64,000 nt of DNA, from positions 151,173-215,172 of the forward strand of contig NIVC01001994.1 in assembly GCA_002269645.1 (NCBI GenBank), read 5' to 3'. A model generated the notes under the pieces. It was not told the origin of the DNA. It saw only the letters and a program-made list of their open reading frames with translations, and did not search any database. Of the stretch, positions 22,786 to 35,200 are shown piece after piece (positions within the stretch are counted from its first letter, which is position 1; each line of letters starts with the position of its first letter). The DNA comes from Macrostomum lignano. Taxonomy: Eukaryota. A program made the translations under genes and the position numbers.

Positions 22786-23864
22786 TACGGCTGGCCTATC
22801 CAGCGAGTAACTCATGAAAATGAGTGACGCACCAATCAGCCAATGAGAGGCAACCAAGCAACGATTGGCTGCCCTTGTACCCAAATAAGTTGCAGTCTCA
22901 ATGTCGAGTCGCTGAATTGCTAAAACAAACTGTAAAACAAGTTGGCGAACAATTTTTTTTATTATCAATTTCTTTTGATCGGCAAGACAGTCGCTTAAAT
23001 CCTTTGGTGAGCAATAGCGTTGTTTATAATAAAGTTTTAGTTTAATAATTACAAATAGTGTAAATGCACCCTGACATCCTGCTTCTGACACCTTTACGAG
23101 TATAACACCTCTGACATCCTCATAGTAGATTTCTGACATCCTCATAGTAGATTTCTGACATCCTCATAGTAGAGTTCTGACATCCTCGTAGTAGATTTCT
23201 GACATCCTCATAGTAGAGCCCTGACATTCTAAAGCTAGAGCTCTGACATGCTCATAAAAGCTTATTAATCGACCAAACTCACATCAAAGAAGGCAAGCAA
23301 GAAAAAACAGAATATCGCAACTGAAAAGAGTGCATTAATTTATGCAATACTAACGGCTGAGATTGAGCGGGTGCGCATTCTAGAAAAAGAGAACTGCATC
23401 CCCACATTTTGCCATTTTTAATACGAGTATCGACTAAGAAGCAAAAGATAATCGATAGGCTAGCTTAGCTTTACCGGGCTCTACTAATAGTCAAACAGAC
23501 CCACCTGCTTCTAATTCCTTTCTGCCTACGCCCACTCAAAGTTAGGTAGAAAAGGAAAGAGTAGGAGGAGCCAAGGATGAAAAAGCAGTCCAACTATACG
23601 CTATAAAAACTTCTCGAAAGCTTGTACAAAATGGCCGGGTGGAGGCCGAAGTTGCGTGACTGGGTAATGGGTGCATGTGGTTGCGCCAGTTCGGGGAACC
23701 TTTGAATAGAGATAGAGAATAGAGAAATTACTATATACTAATTTTCGTATCGATTTGGATATCTGAATCTGCACTATTAAGCCTTGCTGGCTTCATTACT
23801 TCTGCTTGTTGCATCGGATTCACGTCTACCTGTAGGTCGCCACATTTGTTTGTTTGATGCTCAG

Positions 23865-23916
23865 ACAGGCAGACACTAAGACAGACGGACAGACAGACAG
23901 ACGGACAGACAGACAG

Positions 23917-23955
<39 letters not shown>

Positions 23956-23972
23956 GGCAGACAGACAGACAG

Positions 23973-24063
<91 letters not shown>

Positions 24064-24083
24064 GACAGACAGACAGACAGACG

Positions 24084-24163
<80 letters not shown>

Positions 24164-24183
24164 GGCAGACAGACAGACAGACG

Positions 24184-24230
<47 letters not shown>

Positions 24231-24234
24231 GGGC

Positions 24235-24266
<32 letters not shown>

Positions 24267-24284
24267 GGACAGACAGACAGACAG

Positions 24285-24331
<47 letters not shown>

Positions 24332-24334
24332 GGC

Positions 24335-24415
<81 letters not shown>

Positions 24416-24468
24416 TACAGACAGACAGACAGACAGACATACAGACAGACAGACAGACAGACAGACAG
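23865..24468. repeat. (GACA)n microsatellite
   Basis: Source of the RQTD/CLSV ORFs. Confidence 0.95.
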
Positions 24469-24667
24469 TCATCAAACAGAAATCTGATAAAAGACAAGCC
24501 AAGCTCTTTCTTCCTCGGACCATCCTTCTCGCTTTAATATTCCGTTTTTGTCTCCTTTTTGAGAAGCAACCTGTGCATGCCAGTATAAGAGTACTTGGAT
24601 GCAACCGTCTCCACCGATGCCCCAAAAAATCCAGCTACCCAAAATTTCCAGCCCCTCTACAGCACGC

Positions 24668-25129
24668 ATGAGGCGACATCGGTCGAGCCAGCTCAAGCGG
24701 CTGATCTCTGTCTGCCACTGCCACCTGCTGCTGCTGCTGCTCCGCACCCCAACAACCGCAGCAAACAAGCCCCTAGAAGCAGCAACCAGCCCGACCCAAT
24801 CGCCATCGATTAAGCAGTTAAAACTCGACGCCGGTAAGACAACGCAAAACTACCAACGGGAAGATTTAGAGGACGATGCTGGTCACAAAGACTTCATCTT
24901 TGTTGTCGGGTTCCTCTGCTTAGCCAGCTTCGGCTTCGTCGCTTTGGTGGCGTTCTGCACTCGCTACGCAGCCTCGAAGTCCGACCGGCAGGCGGAACGC
25001 TACATGAGAGACGTGGCCGAGAGACGAAGAATCAGCGCCGAGGCGACCGCGGCGGCGTCCGTCAACAAGCGCGACGCTCATGCCGTCGCCCTAGTGCCAA
25101 GGATCACTGTGGACGCGAGCTCCGTCTGA
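24668..25129 (+). CDS. Small predicted single-pass membrane protein (153 aa from ATG 24668), function unknown
   Basis: GC-rich non-repetitive ORF: MRRHRSSQLKRLISVCHCHLLLLLLRTPTTAA (signal-like), S/T/P-rich segment, hydrophobic FIFVVGFLCLASFGFVALVAFC, charged tail ending PRITVDASSV*. Start uncertain (in-frame ATG also at 24599). Confidence 0.6.
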   Translation: MRRHRSSQLKRLISVCHCHLLLLLLRTPTTAANKPLEAATSPTQSPSIKQLKLDAGKTTQNYQREDLEDDAGHKDFIFVVGFLCLASFGFVALVAFCTRYAASKSDRQAERYMRDVAERRRISAEATAAASVNKRDAHAVALVPRITVDASSV

Positions 25130-25187
25130 GCTCCATACATGTGTACTCGGTTGCACCACTGACAATAAGTTAACTGCGTCTCTTGCT

Positions 25188-26157
25188 TACATGTAATTGT
25201 CTGTATGGCATATTGTCTGTCTTACATGTAATTGTCTGTATGGCATATTGTCTGTCTTACATGTAATTGTCTGTATGGCATATTGTCTGTCTTACATGTA
25301 ATTGTCTGTATGGCATATTGTCTGTCTTACATGTAATTGTCTGTATGGCATATTGTCTGTCTTACATGTAATTGTCGGTATGGCATATTGTCTGTCTTAC
25401 ATGTAATTGTCTGTATGGCATATTGTCTGTCTTACATGTAATTGTCTGTATGGCATATTGTCTGTCTTACATGTAATTGTCTGTATGGCATATTGTCTGT
25501 CTTACATGTAATTGTCTGTATGGCATATTGTCTGTCTTACATGTAATTGTCTGTATGGCATATTGTCTGCCTTACATGTAATTGTCTGTATGGCATATTG
25601 TCTGTCTTACATGTAATTGTCTGTATGGCATATTGTCTGTCTTACATGTAATTGTCTGTATGGCATATTGTCTGTCTTACATGTAATTGTCTGTATGGCA
25701 TATTGTCTGTCTTACATGTAATTGTCTGTATGGCATATTGTCTGTCTTACATGTAATTGTCTGTATGGCATATTGTCTGCCTTACATGTAATTGTCTGTA
25801 TGGCATATTGTCTGTCTTACATGTAATAATCTGTATGGCAATATGCTATACAGGCAGACTGTATGGCATATTGTCTGCCTTACATGTAATTGTCTGTATG
25901 GCATATTGTCTGTCTTACATGTAATTGTCTGTATGGCATATTGTCTGTCTTACATGTAATTGTCTGTATGGCATATTGTCTGTCTTACATGTAATTGTCT
26001 GTATGGCATATTGTCTGTCTTACATGTAATTGTCTGTATGGCATATTGTCTGTCTTACATGTAATTGTCGGTATGGCATATTGTCTGTCTTACATGTAAT
26101 TGTCTGTATGGCATATTGTCTGTCTTACATGTAATTGTCTGTATGGCATATTGTCTG
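25188..26157. repeat. 35-bp minisatellite, ~27 copies
   Basis: CTTACATGTAATTGTCTGTATGGCATATTGTCTGT, highly homogeneous. Confidence 0.95.
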
Positions 26158-26585
26158 GCCGTCTGTCTTACGTGTAATGTCTGTACTTCATAGTGTCTGC
26201 CTCTCTGTCTGTCTGTACATGCATTTCTGCCTGCTTTATTAACGTCTGCATGATCTAGTGTCGCGGTCTGCTTGTGTCTGTACATGTATAGTGTCTAGTG
26301 TATCATAGTGTCTGTCTGCCTACCTGTACGCGGACAGTACGTGTATCTTAGGAGCTTACCAGTAGATCATAAACAATCTAAATCGTTCAGAGTCGAATTT
26401 TATTTTTTTAAATTGCGATATACACGACTCGTATATACAGTATTAAATTACATTGGAAGCATGCAAGCAATCCAGTTTACCCAACTAACGCGATTTCGCT
26501 ACACAATAAATACAAAATTAGCCTGTATCATAGGCGTGGACTCAATTCACAGTGCGTCATGAATTGCGTTTGTCGAATTCTAGTT

Positions 26586-27025
26586 GTCTGTCTGCCTGTC
26601 TGTCCGTCCGCCTGTCCTGATGTGTCTGTCTGTCTGTCTGTCTGGCCGTCCGTCTGTCTGTCCGTTCGTCTGTCGGTCTGTCTGTCCGGCTGTCTGTCTG
26701 TCTGTCCGCCTGTCCTGCTGTGTCTGTCTGTCTGTCTGTCTGTCTGTCTGGCCGTCCGTCTGTCTGTCTGTCCGGCTGTCTGTCTGTCTGGCCGGTTGTT
26801 TGTCTGTCTGTCTATCTGTCTGTCTGTCTGTCTATCTGTCTGTCTGTCTATCTGTCTGTCTGTCCGTCCGTCTGTCTGTCCGGCTGTCTGTCTGTCTGTC
26901 CGTCCGTCTGTCGGTCTGTCTGTCCGGCTGTCTGTCTGTCTGTCCGTCTGTCGGTCTGTCTGTCCGGCTGTCTGTCTGTCTGTCCGTCTGTCGGTCTGTC
27001 TGTCCGGCTGTCTGTCTGCCTGTCC
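26586..27025. repeat. (TCTG)n degenerate microsatellite
   Basis: Direct inspection. Confidence 0.9.
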
Positions 27026-27122
27026 ATGTGTAACACTGAAGCTACATGAATATAGAAACTGTAAATATGATTTTAAACCGCTAGTGCAAAAATCGTTTCT
27101 GCCGAACCGAATAGCAGCAGTT

Positions 27123-27153
<31 letters not shown>

Positions 27154-27577
27154 CACGCACTACAAACCTCTTCCTGCAATGCCTGGATGGAAATGACCCG
27201 GATTAACTTACTAGCCCCTAAATCCCTGTTTTGAGTCTCCCAACTGTGCAAAGCTAGTCCCACTACTTCCTTTGAAGTGGCCGCTTATCTGAGTGAGCTT
27301 GGGGTCTGAACTGAACGAACACAAACAAGCCATCAGAACTGGATTTTAATTCCTAAATATACTTCGCGTCTGCCTACATGATCTGCGGTATCTAAGGTGG
27401 TTAGTTAACATCCCATATAGTAGAGTAAAATAGCCTTTTTTGAAAAGCGACTCCAGCTAGCTAGATAGAGTAGGTTAGCTTAGCTTGCTTATATGTTATT
27501 ATCATATTAGCTTCCTTAATGTGCCTTTTCAATCTCAATTCTTTTGATCCTGAAATTATCAATTCAGGAGAGAGGAC

Positions 27578-27780
27578 TGGGGGAAGGAATTTTCTATTAG
27601 TGTAAATTCAGGACCGAAGAGTGGGGGAAGGAATTTCTAATAGTGTACATTCAGGACCGAAGAGTGGGGAAGGAATTTCTAATAGTGTACATTCAGGACC
27701 GAAGAGTGGGGAAGGAATTTCTAATAGTGTACATTCAAGACAAGAGGAGTGGGGGAAGGAATTTTCTACTATAGTGTACA
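27578..27780. repeat. ~41-bp tandem repeat, 4-5 copies
   Basis: GGGGAAGGAATTTCTAATAGTGTACATTCAGGACCGAAGAGT. Confidence 0.85.
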
Positions 27781-28254
27781 ATATAAATATGAATAAACAA
27801 ATCAAATAAAAAACCATTAAGATTGAAATGGCCCTAAAAGAACTGTCAGAATTGTGTAAGTTTACAGGCGAGCAAGGCTAATAAAAATTATTATATACTC
27901 CTTTCTACACCAATCGTTCCACTTATATATTATAATAACAAAATAAGCGCTACAACTATTGTAAGCATTGCAACATTACAAAAAACCATTTGTCGCATAA
28001 ATTTTTTTGTTCTTAAACGAAATAATAAGAAAAAACAACAAGACATTTAAACGCCGTAACAGGAGAGCAATTTGAAAGTAACAGAGTAAATTGTACAAAG
28101 CATTCTATGGCTGAAAGATGCACTACCAGAGGCAGAGTACTCGTACACAAGCAAAGAGATCATCGCGTTTATGAACATTGACAGAATAAAAGAGAATTAG
28201 CAAGTGTTATTAAAAAAGTACAGTTTTTTCATGTAGGAGATTAGATGCACACAA

Positions 28255-29128
28255 GAGATGAGAGAGTAGATGCACACGAGAGATGAGAGAGTGGATGCAC
28301 ACGAGAGATGAGAGAGTAGATTCACACAAGAGATAATAGAGTAGATGGAGACAGGAGACGAGAGTAGATGGAGATAGGAGATGACAGTAGATGGAGATAG
28401 GAGACGAGAGTAGATGGAGATAGGAGATGACAGTAGATGGAGATAGGAGATTAGAGTAGATGGAGATAGGAGATTAGAGTAGATGGAGATACGAGACGAG
28501 AGTAGATGGAGATAGGAGATGACAGTAGATGGAGATAGGAGATGACAGTAGATGGAGATAGGAGATGACAGTAGATGGAGATAGGAGATGAGAATAGATG
28601 GAGATAGGAGATGACAGTAGATGGAGATAGGAGATGACAGTAGATGGAGATAGGAGATGAGAATAGATGGAGATAGGAGATGACAGTAGATGGAGATAGG
28701 AGATTAGAGTAGATGGAGATAGGAGATGACAGTAGATGGAGATAGGAGATGACAGTAGATGGAGATAGGAGATGACAGTAGATGGAGATAGGAGATGAGA
28801 ATAGATGGAGATAGGAGATGACAGTAGATGGAGATAGGAGATGACAGTAGATGGAGATAGGAGATGAGAATAGATGGAGATAGGAGATGACAGTAGATGG
28901 AGATAGGAGATTAGAGTAGATGGAGATAGGAGATTAGAGTAGATGGAGATACGAGACGAGAGTAGATGGAGATAGGAGATGACAGTAGATGGAGATAGGA
29001 GATGACAGTAGATGGAGATAGGAGATGAGAATAGATGGAGATAGGAGATGACAGTAGATGGAGATAGGAGATGACAGTAGATGGAGATAGGAGATGAGAA
29101 TAGATGGAGATAGATGACAGTAGATGGT
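28255..29128. repeat. 22-bp minisatellite
   Basis: GAGATGACAGTAGATGGAGATAG-type unit. Confidence 0.9.
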
Positions 29129-29714
29129 TAAGCACACATAAGCACAAATTAGGAAGCAGTTTTCAACACGCCAACGCAGGCGAGAATGTCTTGTAAATTT
29201 TATACTATGCATCACGCAGTTTAAAGTACAAGACGCACTTTGAAAAAAAATTAGTGGCAAAACAAAGCTGTATTCAATATGGTAACAAAACTTTAAACCA
29301 TGATCCGTGCCGCACTGCACAGCTTCGAACTAGCATGCATAGAAGATGTGGAAAGCAGAAACGCAACTATAAAATAGTTTGAATAATTTATTTATATACG
29401 ATACGACAAATAATTTTGCGTAAACAACCTTCTCTAAAACAAAGCATTATTGTATTATTTATAATACAACGGAAACGCAAAACCATAAAAAGCGCATGCA
29501 CAAATAAAATTGAAAAATATTCTTTTATTGGAAAAAAAATTATGTACTCAAAGGGCATTCAATCCTCTCTTTAAGTATTTGAGATAAGGGACACATTAAA
29601 TCATCGCTTAGGCCTTAAGGTAATACGGATGTACGCATTGAAAAACCATTAGATTATTTTATGAGATTTGGAAATGATTACAAATGGACTAGGGAGGAAT
29701 TAGGAAATGATTAT

Positions 29715-30598
29715 GGAGGGATTCGGAAGGGATTAAGGAAGGATGCGGAAGGGATTAAGGAAGGATGCGGAAGGGATTAAGGAAGGATTAGGAAGGGATT
29801 AAGGAAGGATCAGGAAGGGATTAAGGAAGGATTAGAAAGGGATTAAGGAGGAATCAGGAAGGGATTAAGGAGGGATTAGAAAGGGATTGAGGAGGGATTA
29901 GAAAGGGATTAAGGAGGAATCAGGAAGGGATTAAGGAGGGATTAGAAAGGGATTAAGGAGGAATCAGGAAGGGATTAAGGAGGGATTAGAAAGGGATTGA
30001 GGAGGGATTAGAAAGGGATTAAGGAGGAATCAGGAAGGGATTAAGGAGGGATTAGAAAGGGATTAAGGAGGAATCAGGAAGGGATTAAGGAGGGATTAGA
30101 AAGGGATTAAGGAGGGATTAGAAAGGGATTAAGGAGGGATTAGAAAGGGATTAAGGAGGAATCAGGAAGGGATTAAGGAGGGATTAGAAAGGGATTAAGG
30201 AGGAATCAGGAAGGGATTAAGGAGGGATTAGAAAGGGATTAAAGAGGGATTCGGAATGGATTAAGGAGGGATTAGAAAGGGATTAAGGAGGAATCAGGAA
30301 GGTATTAAGGAGGGATTCGGAAGGGATTAAGGAGGGATAAGAATAGGATTAAGGAGGGATCAGGAAGGGATTAAGGAGGGATTAGAAAGGGATTAAGGAG
30401 GAATCAGGAAGGTATTAAGGAGGGATTCGGAAGGGATTAAGGAGGGATAAGAATAGGATTAAGGAGGGATCAGGAAGGGATTAAGGAGGGATTAGAAAGG
30501 GATTAAGGAGGAATCAGGAAGGGATCAAGGAGGGATTAGAAAGGGATTAAGGAGGGATTCGGAAAGGATTAAGGAGGGATAAGGAAGATATTCGGGAG
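29715..30598. repeat. Purine-rich 11/22-bp minisatellite
   Basis: AGGGATTAAGGAGGGATTAGAA and variants. Confidence 0.9.
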
Positions 30599-31509
30599 AC
30601 TACTAAAGAATTAGGAAGCGCTTAAATACTCGGTCAGCAAGAAGCAGACTACATGGATGCAAACACAGTTAAAGCAAAACTCATAACCACTAATAACTGC
30701 ATTATAGCATGCAGTTCATATTAACAAACTACACAAAATCGTTTGTTTTTCAACTTTGAAAGCGGTACAGAGATTCGACAGCTAAATTAATTACAACTTT
30801 TGGGACAAACCTTTGCAATAATTAAAACCGAAACATATTACAGTTTACAGATCAAACATACAGTTTTGGATCTTTTAGTGAAATATTATTAGTGCAATAA
30901 AACAACTATTATTACTAAGATATAAGACTAGATGGTGCAGTTAAAAAGATATAAGATCAGTAAAGTAAACAGTTATTGCTCAGTAAATCAAGCTTTAATG
31001 ATTTAATTATAACAAATAGTTAAGAGATAAAAGCAGAGGCGTGCATTCAGAATTCTCTTTGCCGTATGTGCCTGTATACAAATCGAAATATCTATTATTG
31101 CCTTACTAACAGAAAAAGATTGCCATTAAAAATGAGGTTGCAAACACACAATATTGCAATTTTAATTAAAAGGAGTTTTACTATAGATATAATTGAGGAT
31201 CAGGTAGAAAAAAGTGACAAAGAGGTCAGGAAAAAAGACTCCTGAAAATTCGAAATAAAATATTTGAGATTATTTGTTAATTGTTACAATTTTTAAACCT
31301 TGTAAATAAAAAATAATATTAATAAAATAATAATTTGGTCATTGCATACGGTTTACACAAGCTAATTAATCTAAGAATCTGCTGATTAAAACTGATCATT
31401 CTGTTGTCAAAGATATCCAATTCGACCAGGAAAGGTCAAACAAAAGAAAAAATCAATTAGCAATCCAATTTTCTACAGTAATTGTTAAAAGAAAACATTG
31501 TTGCCATTA

Positions 31510-32250
31510 TTTCGGCTTTCTAAGAATTTTTCCAAGCTTTTTTAAATATTGGCAGATTTTTTTGGAAACTGTTGATGCGTTTCTTAGAAATTTTTACACG
31601 GGTTTTTACCTTTGAGCCTCTTTATAAAACCGTGTTTGTTTCTTAGAAACAACTTTGGAAACTAACATGAAAATATCCGACGTTTCGTGGAAACTATCGT
31701 GGAGGTTGTTTCTTAGAAAATTTGAACCAGGTTTTATAAACCCTGTAAACTATATCAACATTTCTTGGAAACTAAATCGACATTTCTTAGAAACAATATC
31801 AATATTTCTTGGAATCCATATTAACATTTCTTAGAAACCATATCGACATTTCTTAGAAACTATATCAACATTTCTTAGAAACCATATCGATATTTCTTAG
31901 AAACTATATTAACATTTCTTAGAAACTATATTTAAATTTATGAGAAAATACATAAAAGTTTCTTAGAAAGCAACATCGATGTATCTTAGAAAGAATATGA
32001 ACGCATCATGCAAACAACATTGTTTCCTAGAAACATGTTAAAGTTTCATAGAAATTACTTTCGAATTTCTTAGAAACAAAACTCATGTTTTAAAAACAAT
32101 TTATTATTATCTTAGAATCGAAACCGGTGTTTCTAAGAAACGTCTTATCTTAGATCTTTTCCCCAATTTTTTAAAAGAAACACTTTACTAAGTTTCGAAG
32201 GCAAAAGGTCAATCAGGCTCTGTTTAAATTTAAATTTATCATTCTTAGAA
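31510..32250. repeat. Degenerate array of TTTCTTAGAAAC motifs
   Basis: About 19 TTC-NNN-GAA cores counted by eye, partly at ~24-bp spacing. Confidence 0.75.
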
Positions 32251-32255
32251 AATAT

Positions 32256-35200
32256 CTAAGCCACAGGGTCGGCTCTGGCGTGGCCGCAGCCAACAATCAG
32301 CAGCAGGTCGCAGCTGGCCATCGGGTCGTGCACCGGCCGACGCTCCAGCACCGGGTTGGGCCCGGCAACGCCGACAAATCGATAAACGTGATCGGGGTCA
32401 TCAAAACTGTGCAACAGATCCGTATCATTGTTCGCAGTCTTAGTTAGCTCCGAGTCGAAGCAGCGAGCTTGAAAACCGTGCTTATAAAAGCAGACAACGG
32501 CTCGATCTTCTAACGATAGCGCATTCTCGATTGTGAAGCTGAGAGAGACGGCGCCGCCTAGGGAGCGACCATTCGCCGGGTGGAACAGTCGCGCCTGGTT
32601 GCTATGGCAAACCAGCACGCTGGACAGGTCCAGCTGGGAAACGCAGGTGGTTTCAACCTGTGCGGAGTTGATTTAAGATTCTTAAGATAAGTTGAGCAAC
32701 CCATTAGATACCTGCCTGATACCCATTAGATACATGCCTGATACCCATTAGATACCTGCCTGATACCCATTAGATACATGCCTGATACCCATTAGATACC
32801 TGCCTGATACCCATTAGATACCTGCCTGATACCCATTAGATACCTGCCTGATACCCATTAGATACCTGCCTGATACCCATTAGATACCTGCCTGATACCC
32901 ATTAGATACCTGCCTGATACCCATTAGATACCTGTTTGAGATACCCAGTAGATACCTGTCTGAGATACCTAGTAGATACCTGTCTGAGATACCTAGTAGA
33001 TACCTGTCTGAGATACCTAGCAGATACCTGTCTGAGATACCTAGTAGATACCTGTCTGAGATACCTAGTAGATACTTGTCTGAGATACCCATTAGATACC
33101 TGTCTAACATACACATAAGACAGCTGTCCGAGATACCCATCAAACACTGTGATACCCATTAAGTACTCTGTTACTGAGATTACTGTTAAACAACCTAAGA
33201 TGCCATTAGAATTTAGACACCTGTCTAAGATACCTAATAAAAACAAGTCCAAGATTCCTTTTAGAATATATTTACCTGACATACCCATTAGTTACCTAGA
33301 TCTGCAATACCCCATTAGTTCCCCAGATTTGAAATACCCTATTAGTTACCTAGATCTGCAATACCAAATTAGTTACCTAGATCTGCAATACCCCATTAGT
33401 TCCCCAGATTTGAAATGCCCTATTAGTTACCTAGATCTGCAATACCCCATTAGTTACCTAGATCTGAAAATACCCGAATCAGAAACCCAGTTAAAGCTAC
33501 TCAAACAATTATTACCTCCTCATCCAAGCCGGCTGGGTCAGCGGGCCACAGCTCAACCAGTCCATCCAGCCGATTCAAGTCTAGCAATCGAAACCGAACG
33601 CAGGCCTCGTTGCGGCCCTGCAGCACACCGACGCACACGAACGGCAGTTTATAGCCGCTGCGAACAAATAATTCGAATGTCAGCAGAGGCTGAGGCAGAT
33701 CCGGGCATTGCAGACACTTGTACTCTAGGAAATTTCGCCGCCCATTGTCCCATTGTAGTAGGAGAACTGAGTCTGGCATTGCGCAGGCCAGCCACCGTTC
33801 GGCTGTCTCCGGGTGCTTCCTGGCCGAGACTCGCATGCAGCCTTTGGTGCGGGGAATCTTTGCGGACGGCGGGTTGTTGGCTAGGCGCATGGCAACCCGG
33901 CCTTTCAGCTGAGGAGTTGAGGATTGGGAATTGCTTTTGTTTGAGTCTGATTATATTGAGACTCAGGGTGGTCACTCAGAGAATCAGGGTGGTCACTCAG
34001 AGACTCAGGCTGGTCACTCAAGAGACTCAGGGTGGTCACTCAAGAGACTCAGGGTGGTCACTCAGAGACTCAGGGTGGTCACTCAGAGACTCAGGGTGGT
34101 CACTCAAGAGACTCAGGGTGGTCACTCAGAGACTCAGGGTTGTCACTAAAGAGACTCAGGGTGGTCACTCAAGAGACTCAGGCTGGTCACTCAAGAGACT
34201 CAGGGTTGTCACTAAAGAGACTCAGGGTGGTCACTCAAGAGACTCAGGGTTGTCACTAAAGAGACTCAGGCTGGTCACTAAAGAGACTCAGGGTTGTCAC
34301 TAAAGAGACTCAGGCTGGTCACTAAAGAGACTCAGGGTGGTCACTCAAGAGACTCAGGGTGGTCACTCAAGATACTCAGGCTGGTCACTAAAGAGACTCA
34401 GGGTGGTCACTCAGAGACTCAGGGTTGTCACTAAAGAGACTCAGGCTGGTCACTCAGAGACTCAGGGTGGTCACTCAAGAGACTCAGGGTGGTCACTCAA
34501 GAGACTCAGGGTGGTCACTCAAGAGACTCAGGGTGGTCACTCAAGAGACTCAGGGTGGTCACTCAAGAAACTCAGAATGGTCACTCAGAGACTCAGGGTG
34601 GTCACTAAAGAGACTCAGGGTGGTCACTCAAGAGACTCAGGCTGGTCACTCAAGAGACTCAGGGTGGTCACTCAAGAGACTCAGGGTGGTCACTCAAGAG
34701 ACTCAGGGTGGTCACTAAAGAGACTCAGCCAATAGCTAGCCTTACATTGCAGTAAAGTAGAAACTTTTTATAGGAATAAAAATAGTTTTAAAAATATAAA
34801 TAAAATCAATCCGAAAATAGATATTTACTGTGCTAATAGCATAGAATATCATACATTAGATAACTCACTTCCGTCTAACTCTGAACGGTAAAAAATTCAG
34901 TGAAGGCTTAAAAATTCAAATTTTATTGTTTTCGGAGGTACCTAGAGAAGCAAGAGAGAGAGAGGGGGGGAGAGATATGGTATGTTGGGAAAACTCATAA
35001 ACAGCAAAGCATTCAGCGCCAATTCTTGGTCAAAGCTAATATTCGTTTAACATAAAATTCTCCATATGGAAAGAATTACAGACTGTTATAATCGTAGTGG
35101 TTTCTCTGGAGTTTCTGTTAGTGACCCATGAGCCTCTGAGTGACTCACTGAGCCTATGAGTGACTCACTGAGCCTCTTAGTGACTCACTGAGCCTCTGGG

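Noticed and set aside
23826-24625. Long RQTD/CLSV ORFs (also 26528-27206, 49350-50320, 53679-54938)
   Set aside because: Translations of (GACA)n, which lacks stops.
25188-26157. Regular 22-35-bp arrays as possible CRISPR (also 52105-52690, 60060-60960)
   Set aside because: Head-to-tail repeats with no unique spacers, no cas genes, eukaryotic context.
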